From Candidatus Poribacteria bacterium (GTDB lineage: Bacteria > Poribacteria > WGA-4E > PCPOR2b): DNA of 64,000 nucleotides. Positions 46,583 through 55,590 of the stretch are shown here, piece after piece; within the stretch, counting starts at the first letter, position 1, and each line of letters begins with the position of its first letter. Location: assembly GCA_965198175.1 (NCBI GenBank), contig OZ240245.1, positions 96,001-160,000 on the forward strand. Direction: 5' to 3'. A program made the translations under genes and the position numbers. The notes beneath the pieces were generated by a model that was not told where the DNA came from, did no database searches, and worked only from the letters and a program-made list of their open reading frames with translations.

Positions 46583-46955
46583 GTCTAACCTCCCTATTCA
46601 AAGCATTTAATCGTGTAATTTATCGTACTGAATACCGGCAGAATCGCCGGACAAAATAGATTCTATGAAATCCCATCCCAATGGCGAATCGGGTTTAGAA
46701 TTCATCAGTTGGAGCGTGTTTACCTGTCCAAATCTGATTAGCGCTAAGGTATATCTTGCACTGTACCTAAACGCTTGGCAAAAGCCGAACTCACCTCCTC
46801 TCTCAGTTGCAGCCCAAACACTATGTTTTGGCATGGAGTATGAATTTCCGATCCACACGTGTTGGGTTGAGTTAAGCCCTCTTTTTCGCCTCCACCCCCG
46901 TACATCTCGGCAAAGTTGCGAGGCGATGAGCGAAGGTGCAAGAGCTGTACATGTG

Positions 46956-47720
46956 CTAATTTAAGCGAGTTTTCAGCGTTGCCCACGTAGTTGCTAATTT
47001 GCCCTGTGGTGAGACGGCGAGGACATTTGGTAGCCCCACCTTTATGAGCTCGTTGACTTCCTCCTCGGATAACGGTCGATTCCAGAAACCGATATCGTCC
47101 AAAATTCCATTGAACCACTCTTGCCGACCTTCCCAGGGCAACCGGTTACCAAAGTGCATATCCCTCCCGGTCTCAGGAACTGCCCCGAGGCGGTTCATGC
47201 CAACTTCTTTGCCGTCACGATAGACAATGCTCGCTTCATCTGGCTCATGCGACCATACAAAGTGATACCATTCGTTAAAATTGGGAACTGGATCGCCATC
47301 CGAGAACCCAAATTGTCCACCGATACCCCAGTGGTGGCGTTTGTCGCCAAGAATATACCACTGGATTCTCGAACCATCATCTCCCGACTTATCCATAATC
47401 GCGCCGCCCTGTTTCGGGTTTATCCAGTGCGCGATTGTAAACCCGTCCTTCAGCCTATCAATGTCCTTTGAATTTTTGACCGTGATGAGCGTTTGGCCTT
47501 CAAGCCGATAAGCAGACTTTCCGTTCTTAGCGTCATCAGTCCACTCACCGCCATCAATTTCGCCATCGTGGTCACCCACAGCATCTTTCATAACAGCTCC
47601 CTTCCCCTCATCGAGTAACCAAGCGGCAACCAGTCCGTCGACAAGGTCGGCCGGAGCTTTAACGGAAATCACACACACAAATGCAGTAATCGCAATGGAG
47701 CAGTGAACTATCCTCCTCAT
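46956..47720 (-). CDS. Secreted LamG-domain protein with KLATTWATLK tail, paralogue of the downstream gene
   Basis: LVAAWLLDEGKG, RIQWYILGD, FGNRL..EGR.EWFNG.LDDIGFWNRPLS. Confidence 0.85.
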   Translation of the reverse strand: MRRIVHCSIAITAFVCVISVKAPADLVDGLVAAWLLDEGKGAVMKDAVGDHDGEIDGGEWTDDAKNGKSAYRLEGQTLITVKNSKDIDRLKDGFTIAHWINPKQGGAIMDKSGDDGSRIQWYILGDKRHHWGIGGQFGFSDGDPVPNFNEWYHFVWSHEPDEASIVYRDGKEVGMNRLGAVPETGRDMHFGNRLPWEGRQEWFNGILDDIGFWNRPLSEEEVNELIKVGLPNVLAVSPQGKLATTWATLKTRLN

Positions 47721-48100
47721 CAGAAATCCCCCTTAGAAATCAAGTGCTAAAAAAAGAGATAGACACATTATTATGCTCAGAGCAACTATCTCATATCCCG
47801 TTCTCCGTTAAAGATTATATCATAATTAGACTGTAAATTTCAATGCCTATTATTCCATCTTGAGTTGTCGCTTGTCCGACGGTCACGCGGCGTTAATTCC
47901 GAATGTTCTATTATTGTGGAAAGGACTTGAGATGTCAGAAAGTTCGATATTACCGGTGGGCGTTTATGGTTTTTCGCACCTTAATTGACGTACGATTATT
48001 TTGTTGGACCTCCTTCAGGGAGAACCGCTCACCGGATTTTCACCGGCCCCTTGATAAAGTTACGTCAACTTGAATCAAATTGTCCAAACTTTAGTTAGCA

Positions 48101-48676
48101 TTAAGGGAGGCTAGTGTAAATCCGAGTGTTTTCCAAAGTATGCGAGAACGGCCCTTGTTTATCTGTTTCCACAGTAACTGTAATGATTCCCATTTCTGTG
48201 TCTCGCTGTGGGTCTTCAAGGATTAGCGAACGCGGAATTTCTGAACGAAGTAATCTTAGGTTTGACCTACCAAGCGATCCCCACCGCAAATCAAAAAGTT
48301 GACCATCATAGACCTTTTCGCTCTTGGCACCTTGCCGCGTTGAATAGATTGTAGCATCTGTTATAAACTTGGATTCGGAGATCGCGTTAACACCAATCCG
48401 TGGGGTCAGGATGCTTTCACTCCAGATGAGAGGGCGACGATTTTTGTCGAGCAGAATAATTCGAATATCAAGATAGCTAAGACGAAAATCTGATTCGATT
48501 CTGATGTTGTCGAAGTTTTGAATTTCTCCGCTACTGCACCCAAATATTGCGATTAGGAGAACTGAAGCTAACCCGGAAAAAAGCTGTTCTGTTTTTACAT
48601 TCCTAAAGCAATACAACTTTGTACACCTGCCCTCAAGCCCAAACTCAACAGAATAAGCGGCTTGTTCGAACAACAA
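48101..48676 (-). CDS. Hypothetical lipoprotein (start uncertain)
   Basis: Lipobox-like LLIAIFGC; lies downstream of exbD in the same direction. Confidence 0.55.
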   Translation of the reverse strand: MLFEQAAYSVEFGLEGRCTKLYCFRNVKTEQLFSGLASVLLIAIFGCSSGEIQNFDNIRIESDFRLSYLDIRIILLDKNRRPLIWSESILTPRIGVNAISESKFITDATIYSTRQGAKSEKVYDGQLFDLRWGSLGRSNLRLLRSEIPRSLILEDPQRDTEMGIITVTVETDKQGPFSHTLENTRIYTSLP

Positions 48677-48868
48677 ACAATATTTGCTTATCTTTGATAT
48701 GTACAGTCAAAAAAAGGCAGCCATCAGGCTGCCTTGAGTGGAACATATATATACTTCGAAACGTTATCGAATCTTTGCCAATCTGTTTCCTTGGCAAGCC
48801 GTATTTTTCTATTGCCCGATAACACTAACCATGATTAGAACATTCCAAGGAGGCATCTTGACCTAAAT

Positions 48869-49285
48869 CTACTCATCTTCCGAAACGGCTATGGCAATTT
48901 CCTGTCCTTCAGGTTTACTAAAACGTTGTTTTGCGCGCTCCATCACATCAATAACAACGCCATGATGGGTGCTTTTGTCTGCTTTGAGGATTAGCGTACT
49001 AATCAGATGTTCGTGCGTAGACAGAAATATGTCCATATCGTCCATCGTTAGCATTAACTCGTCATCAAATGAAATTTGACCATCTGCACTGATAAAGAGG
49101 TTAAATTTCTTACGGGGAAATTCATGCTTTGTTGCTGACTCCGGTAGGGTGACTGAAAATGGGGGTGGGGTTCGCATGATTGCCGAGACCATAAAGAAAA
49201 TCAACAGCAGAAACACGCAATCAATCATCGGCGCCATCTGTAACTCTCTATCTTGCCCACCGCCCCGCCGCTTAAATAAAGCCAT
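48869..49285 (-). CDS. exbD: Biopolymer transport protein ExbD/TolR
   Basis: APMIDCVFLLLIFFMV, ILKADK; SD AGGAGG before ATG 49285. Confidence 0.9.
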   Translation of the reverse strand: MALFKRRGGGQDRELQMAPMIDCVFLLLIFFMVSAIMRTPPPFSVTLPESATKHEFPRKKFNLFISADGQISFDDELMLTMDDMDIFLSTHEHLISTLILKADKSTHHGVVIDVMERAKQRFSKPEGQEIAIAVSEDE

Positions 49286-49301
49286 AAGTTTCCTCCTTTT
49301 A

Positions 49302-49754
49302 TCATTCCCTTGCGACCATTGCAAAACCAATTTTATCTATACCAGCTTGCTTTGCAAGATCCATAATCTTAACAATCTGCTCATGTAAAACTGCACGCTC
49401 TGATTGGATGATCAGCATATTCTTGATGTCCTCGGGAGCGTTGATGAGCTGGCTAAACATATCGTTGAAACCGACTATTTCATCGTTCAACACCATAGTT
49501 CCTTCTCGTACAGTTCCCGTCGGATTGGCAATCCTAACGATAAGTCCCTTCGGCTTATTGGGATTCGGCTTGCCCGGTGGAGGTAACTGTACGCGAATCC
49601 CCGGCATTGGCGAAAATGTCGTCGCCACCATAAAAAAGATTAACAGCAAGAAGACACAGTCAATCATGGGGGCCATGTCCATTCTAGGCCCTTTTCTCTC
49701 CTTCAGTTTTGTAGAGAGCAATGTCATACGTTCTGGTTTTCCACCCTGAGCCAT
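49302..49754 (-). CDS. exbD: Biopolymer transport protein ExbD/TolR
   Basis: APMIDCVFLLLIFFMVATTF, MDLAKQAG. Confidence 0.9.
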   Translation of the reverse strand: MAQGGKPERMTLLSTKLKERKGPRMDMAPMIDCVFLLLIFFMVATTFSPMPGIRVQLPPPGKPNPNKPKGLIVRIANPTGTVREGTMVLNDEIVGFNDMFSQLINAPEDIKNMLIIQSERAVLHEQIVKIMDLAKQAGIDKIGFAMVARE

Positions 49755-49779
49755 TTCAATCCTCCTATTGATGGGGGTG

Positions 49780-49820
49780 ATGCCGCCCCTAGTAACTTTG
49801 GGTTACAGCCGGGGCGGCAT
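49780..49820. other. GC-rich hairpin between exbB and exbD
   Basis: ATGCCGCCCC...GGGGCGGCAT with inner GTAAC/GTTAC arms. Confidence 0.6.
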
Positions 49821-49831
49821 TGAGGTGGGGT

Positions 49832-50854
49832 TTAGGCGTTACCTATTTGACCAAGCACTAGCTGATTTACGATTTCGTTTGAGACTTGTTCAATCTCAAT
49901 CACATACCTGTTGACCCAGCTATCAAAAAGGTTGTAGAAAATGAGGCAAGGAATAGCTATCGTTAAACCGCCTGCAGTAGTCAACAACGCTTGAGAAATA
50001 CCTCCTGCCAATTGCTGCGGGTCACCGGTACCTTCTAGTGCAATCGTCGTAAACGCGCTAATCATACCGATTACGGTACCCAGCAAACCAAACAGGGGAG
50101 AAATGGCGGCAATGGTACCGAGTACAGGCAGATTTCGCTCAAGCTCGGGAATTTCAAGGAGACCTGCTTCCTGAATGGCTTCCTGGATTTCTTCCTTGGT
50201 AATATCTCGCTCTTCAATTTGTGCCTGGCTGTATTTCAACAAACCCGCCTTCAACACGTTCGCTAATGGACCGCCAGCCTCCTCACAGGTCGAGACAGCT
50301 TCCATAATGTTCTCGTTACGCAAAAAGTTCGTGACACTTGCCATGAACTGTTCTGTGCCAATTTTTGATCGGCTTCTCGCAAAAGTGAAAAGCCGTTCAA
50401 TAATGAAAGTCACTGCCACAACGGAGCAGAGAGCGAGCGGCCAGAATATGATACCAAATTTTGCAAAGAAGGAGAAAACAGTATCTTTTTTCGTCATTTT
50501 CATTGCTATATACTGATCGCCGCCGGCTGTAACTGTTACGGGTTTACCTTCTCGAGGTTTGTAGCCATCTCGATAGAAACTCATCAAATACCGCCCAGGG
50601 GGAATGCCGCTTTTTTCAAATTCCCCGCCGGAATCTGATTTTGTGTCATACTCGTTCCCGAGGACATCTTTAATAACCACTGTGACCTCGGTAACAGGGT
50701 TTGATTGAGCAGAGGTGTCCAGAACCTGACCACGAACAAGACCAGTTGTACTAGAAACATCTACGGATGTTGCGTCATCCTCTTGGGCGAGTACTACTAC
50801 ACCCTGGAAAATCAAAAGGCTAACAAAAATTAGGGTTACACTGAAGCGTTGCAT
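49832..50854 (-). CDS. exbB: MotA/TolQ/ExbB proton channel with an N-terminal periplasmic carboxypeptidase-regulatory-like domain
   Basis: Signal peptide; GLVRGQVLD..PPGRY..GY; ISPLFGLLGTVIGMI, LAGGISQALLTTAGGL. Confidence 0.9.
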   Translation of the reverse strand: MQRFSVTLIFVSLLIFQGVVVLAQEDDATSVDVSSTTGLVRGQVLDTSAQSNPVTEVTVVIKDVLGNEYDTKSDSGGEFEKSGIPPGRYLMSFYRDGYKPREGKPVTVTAGGDQYIAMKMTKKDTVFSFFAKFGIIFWPLALCSVVAVTFIIERLFTFARSRSKIGTEQFMASVTNFLRNENIMEAVSTCEEAGGPLANVLKAGLLKYSQAQIEERDITKEEIQEAIQEAGLLEIPELERNLPVLGTIAAISPLFGLLGTVIGMISAFTTIALEGTGDPQQLAGGISQALLTTAGGLTIAIPCLIFYNLFDSWVNRYVIEIEQVSNEIVNQLVLGQIGNA

Positions 50855-50963
50855 ACTTTCCTCCCACAATCTGTAAGTTTAGGTTATTATTATAGAAAAG
50901 AGATCGCGTTTCCTATTATAAACCCCTGATGTTTTCAAAAGTTTTGAATGAAATTGAAAAATA

Positions 50964-50990
50964 GCGCCAAGCATTCGCAATGCTTGGCGC
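50964..50990 (-). terminator. Rho-independent terminator after the large outer-membrane protein gene
   Basis: Perfect 12-bp stem GCGCCAAGCATT/AATGCTTGGCGC followed on the minus strand by TATTTTT. Confidence 0.75.
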
Positions 50991-51001
50991 CTTTCATCAT
51001 G

Positions 51002-54000
51002 TTAGAATCCCATCATTGCACGGATGAACGTTGTGTTCGTCGTCGTTCGCTCAAAAATGATGCGCGTCCGACGGAAACCTGAGAGTATCACAATGTTGAA
51101 CCCTAACCATTCTCCGCGCTTAATCATTTGAATTTCAAAGATGCGCGTCCGAATGTCCGGACGGAATAATATGGGCACCGGCTCATCAACAGGGAAATTC
51201 GTTAGAAAACTCTTAAAATTATCATCCCGGTTGGTAAACTTACGGTACTGAAAACCTGCAAGAATATTCACTCGTTGTGAGAACTGGTAATCCAGACGAA
51301 CCCCCAGCACATCCTCACGACTCCGACGATTAAACCGTAAGTATTCTATCGGAGGTAAATCGGTTGGGACGAACAGACGAGGATTCAGTACGTCCCCAAT
51401 CTCACCACCTTTTCGATCGAACGCTTTCGTCCAGATGTACTTAGTCATGGGCGTGAGCGTTAAATCCTCACCGATTTTGTCTATCCCTGGCAAGTCGCCT
51501 AACGGTATCTCATATCTGAACTTGATGACCGTTACTTGGTTGCGAATACTACGCTCCGCATAGCGACGCGGTTTCCACTGCTCGGGATCGTAAATTAGCC
51601 CGCTCTGTTGAGCTTCATCGGGATGCAGCGGGTTTAGACCGTGATCGGGATAGAACGGAAATTCACGTCTATCTCCAGCGACACGAACCTGATCTATCGG
51701 GATCATCAAGTCAACACGTTCATCGATCTCAGTGTTCACATCACTTTCTTCATCATCCTCGTTGAACGGGATATCTAACGCTATCGCATCCTCAATATCC
51801 GGCTCAAACTGTTTTTGGAGTTGTACCAAAAATTTCGTTTCTACCGTCAAATTCGGGATTGCCGTGTAAATGAACTGTAGTGTTGACAGATTCACACGCG
51901 CATTGAAAAAGTCCAGTTCATCTGATTCTTGTAGTGGTTCCAATTCACCAGGACGCAGTGTAATCGAGTATTCAGGAATGTCGTCTCGAACGCGAACAAA
52001 ACGATTCTGGAACAACAACGTGCCAAAATCAGGGATATCACGTTGATAGGTCAGATGCATGTATTTCGAATTGTTTTGACGACGACTCGATATTTCGCTT
52101 TCGTTTAACCAACCTACTTTTAGCGTTAGGTTATCCAACAAGTCGTAGCTCGCTGCGACATGGAACCCTTCACGGTCTATACCGTACTCATACTGCGGTT
52201 CAAAATCATCTTCGAGCGAATCAATGACCCCGTTGTTGTTCAAGTCGACCAGATCCTGAAAAATTGGCGGATCTGCTTCGAAGATCAGGAAGTCTTCCTG
52301 GTAGTCTAGGATGCCATTCTGATCGCGGTCGTCGGCTTGTGGTAAGACACCGTCAAAGTCAATGTCATCTGGCCAGTCATCATCATCATCATCATCTTCA
52401 ACCAAGATGTAATTGATTTCGTCATACGGCGAGACTTCCGCCGCCGATTCGGGCGTCCGCTCTAGAGAATAGGTCTGATCTCTGTCTGTGTTCGCCCCCC
52501 AATTATGGTACGTCGTGGTGTAGCCGGGGTCAATGTGATAGAACGTCTCTTCCAAAAACAGCTTTCCGAAACGTTGCTTGAGGTTGATAAACCACGCCAC
52601 TTCACGACCCAGTTCACCACTTCCATTTTCGTCGGTACCATCTCCACCTAACCGGGCTTCAAACCGTTCCCCTTCCGTCTCGGAGAACGTCGGAAGACTC
52701 GTATCAGTGTTAATCACCAAGCCCGTTGAGGGATCTATCGCGATGTTCGCCGGATCCGTGATATCGGGATTGATCTGGCTGAAACTGACCTTGTCTTTGG
52801 GAATGGTCGGATACTGCTTATACTTGCTGTTAACTGAATAGTGGGCGCGAATTAAGGTGTTAAACAGGGTACCTTCCAGGTCCACACCGTACAACACCGC
52901 TGCCCTAGCTGCACCGTAGCGATAGCTAACTTTACGAGGGCGTCCTTCACCTTTCCACCCACTTGGATTCCGAAACAGACTGGCGCGATTGTCTGTATAC
53001 TCGGACGATTGACCGTAATTGCCGGGTGCCTGGATGACATCTCGAAATGGCATTTCAATATGACCATCTGAGGTTTTAATCCATGCCGAACTTACGTCGC
53101 CGACGTTGGCGCCGCTGAAGCCGACCACTGAGATATTATAGTCGCCAGCAACTATCATCTCAAACGCCACCGATTTCACCTGACGGGAGTTGATTGGATC
53201 GTCCAATGCTTCGAGGTTCAATTCATACTGCATAGCATTGAAGCCTTCGACGATTTTCCATTCGCCGGTCTCGTGGACTGTACTAGCTCCTACCGGCACA
53301 ATCGCATCGGAAAATACGGTGAATTTTCGCTGTTCTTCCGGCAACTGACGAGCCACTTCTCCAGCTTCCCTTTCGTCGACTGTCAGTTCTTCAAGTCCTT
53401 GCGTGACAACCGTCACTGTTATCACCTTAACCGCTGCGCCTACGCCGCCTTGGGCATTTTCTTCGGGAAGGTTGTCAAAGGCTAGCGGGTGGTTATCCTC
53501 TGGGGAATCATCGCGGAAAACCACTACGATGCGATCTGGCGGGGTGTTCGCCACGGTGCCCAACATCGAACTCTCCACTCGTTCGGGATGTTCTTTATTG
53601 AGGTTAATGTAAGTGAATCCCGCACGGAACACATCCCCCAAAAGTCCCTGAGCCCGAAATCCAATTAGACGCGCGTTTTCAATGTGCCGAACCCCTGCAT
53701 CATCAGAAAAGCCGTTGCGGCGACCAAAGGTGCCTGCCAACGTGGGTACGGCATCAGAGAGTTGCGATGGGTTAGAAATTCGGGAATTTAGCAGCGTAAA
53801 AAGGTGGCGTTCATGGGCAAACGAAATATCCATGCGAAACCCATCGAATTCGGTTTTATACATGATATATCGGTTGGGGAATAACGTAGAGGGCTTAATC
53901 CGCATGTTGTCGCCGATGGCGCACTCTGCATGTCTGCCGCGGAATGTATCTTCGGTCAGGACGGTGCGGTCCAACTGTGCAGAGAACCGCTCACTATCGA

Positions 54001-54289
54001 GTTGCCCGGTCCATCCAACAATCAGTTCGCCGGATTGATCGAACAACTTCTGTTCACGGTAATTATAGACTTCCGACCCTTCGAGCAATTCCTTACCGAA
54101 GAGATCGTAGAAGAATTGAGGTTCTTCCTCGAGTTGAAATCGGTCAGAAAACTTGGATTGTCCTTCAATGGAAGGAAGCAGAGGCTCTTGTGGCCCCAGC
54201 GATTTTGCCCCACAACCATAAAACACTAAACAGCTGAACAATCCAACGGCAACAAACAACCAATCAAGCGAGGGTTTTAGTGTCTTCAT
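51002..54289 (-). CDS. Large (~1095 aa) putative outer-membrane protein with lipobox-like N-terminus and acidic Ca-binding-like loops
   Basis: SD AAGGAGG before ATG 54289; LVFYGC; DDDDDDDWPDD, DRDQNGILD, DLNNNGVID; amphipathic strands; ends in Phe. Confidence 0.65.
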   Translation of the reverse strand: MKTLKPSLDWLFVAVGLFSCLVFYGCGAKSLGPQEPLLPSIEGQSKFSDRFQLEEEPQFFYDLFGKELLEGSEVYNYREQKLFDQSGELIVGWTGQLDSERFSAQLDRTVLTEDTFRGRHAECAIGDNMRIKPSTLFPNRYIMYKTEFDGFRMDISFAHERHLFTLLNSRISNPSQLSDAVPTLAGTFGRRNGFSDDAGVRHIENARLIGFRAQGLLGDVFRAGFTYINLNKEHPERVESSMLGTVANTPPDRIVVVFRDDSPEDNHPLAFDNLPEENAQGGVGAAVKVITVTVVTQGLEELTVDEREAGEVARQLPEEQRKFTVFSDAIVPVGASTVHETGEWKIVEGFNAMQYELNLEALDDPINSRQVKSVAFEMIVAGDYNISVVGFSGANVGDVSSAWIKTSDGHIEMPFRDVIQAPGNYGQSSEYTDNRASLFRNPSGWKGEGRPRKVSYRYGAARAAVLYGVDLEGTLFNTLIRAHYSVNSKYKQYPTIPKDKVSFSQINPDITDPANIAIDPSTGLVINTDTSLPTFSETEGERFEARLGGDGTDENGSGELGREVAWFINLKQRFGKLFLEETFYHIDPGYTTTYHNWGANTDRDQTYSLERTPESAAEVSPYDEINYILVEDDDDDDDWPDDIDFDGVLPQADDRDQNGILDYQEDFLIFEADPPIFQDLVDLNNNGVIDSLEDDFEPQYEYGIDREGFHVAASYDLLDNLTLKVGWLNESEISSRRQNNSKYMHLTYQRDIPDFGTLLFQNRFVRVRDDIPEYSITLRPGELEPLQESDELDFFNARVNLSTLQFIYTAIPNLTVETKFLVQLQKQFEPDIEDAIALDIPFNEDDEESDVNTEIDERVDLMIPIDQVRVAGDRREFPFYPDHGLNPLHPDEAQQSGLIYDPEQWKPRRYAERSIRNQVTVIKFRYEIPLGDLPGIDKIGEDLTLTPMTKYIWTKAFDRKGGEIGDVLNPRLFVPTDLPPIEYLRFNRRSREDVLGVRLDYQFSQRVNILAGFQYRKFTNRDDNFKSFLTNFPVDEPVPILFRPDIRTRIFEIQMIKRGEWLGFNIVILSGFRRTRIIFERTTTNTTFIRAMMGF

Positions 54290-55590
54290 TAAACATGCCT
54301 CCTTGAGCAAATAAAATTGTGTATTGGTCAATCGGACGTATTGACGTTTTTGCCCGCTAAATCTGCGGCAGAACGTCCTCCATCGTCTTGACCATTGACA
54401 AATAGCTTCATCACAATGCAAGCAAGAAATTATAGAGTTCGTTTGAACATAGACTCATCTCTCACGTTATTCTCTTGTATTTTCTTGACATAAACACAAC
54501 ATCACTTTATCACATTGAAAAGACCAACACAAGAATAAATAACCACAAAATTTGGTTGTCGTTTTGATGCGAAAGATAAGCATTTAATCATAGTCCTTGA
54601 ACACTATATTGGGACTACGTTGTTGAAAGATGACCGGAAACAAACCACTTATCGCGATTAAATCCTTTGTCATCAACAGTCTACAATGCCGTCACGCAGG
54701 GTTTTATGACCTCCTTTCATCGTCTGGGCATTACATAACCTACCTCGAGTTGCTTCCTAATTGCTATGGGTTCTCCCTTATACCGGATTGAATGATGTTT
54801 ATCAAATACTTCAAAATCTTGGGAGAAGGCTGCGTGTGCCTCAATCAACAGAGACTTTTGCGCAGGGTACCAATTGATGTCTGTGACAATCGTTATTGAG
54901 TCCGTCTAAACATCTGGATAGCCGGGGCTATAGAGACAAGGTGTACAATAATAATGAGATGGAAGATATTGGTGCTGTGGTCAAAGTGAAGTTGAAGCCG
55001 ATACGGAAAAAGAATTCAAAGCGGACATTCCACCATGAAAGACCTATCAATTCAGTTGCCATCACCGCGGTCTGTTGGGACAGATCCGAATTCAATTGAA
55101 TCATCGATCCGAAATTCCATCCATGCCGTGACGCAAAGGGATTCAAATTACAAGTGGTCTTGGTTGTATTGGCTAGCAGCATCAACCAACTCTGAGTTCA
55201 CTAACAGATTCGATGAATCGGTTGTAATTTGGGTCACACACTTCTGTGAAGATGCTTTGATTATTGTCCAAAATAAAGGTAACCTTTAAGATAACACTTC
55301 TACAATTTTCTGTCAAGACTTTTTTGCACACTTTTACCTGACCCGAGTTGCTACCTATCGAAAATTGGGGTATTTTGCATGTTTTGTTGATATGCTGCTA
55401 ATGTCACCAGTCGGTATATGGTATGTAACTTTACTCCAAAGAGTTGATTTGTACACCCGGTAACAGCTTGAGTTCTTGATAACAAAAATTCTTCAAAGCT
55501 GCTCATTCTCCACGGATGCTTGAAGTGCAAACCGATTCCTTTCAAGGACGATTGCTGTTCGCGCGGCAGAGAATTTCGTCGCGTTTCTGG

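Noticed and set aside
54300..55590. Long intergenic region as a riboswitch, ncRNA or hidden gene
   Set aside because: No recognisable RNA motif or credible ORF by eye; left unassigned.
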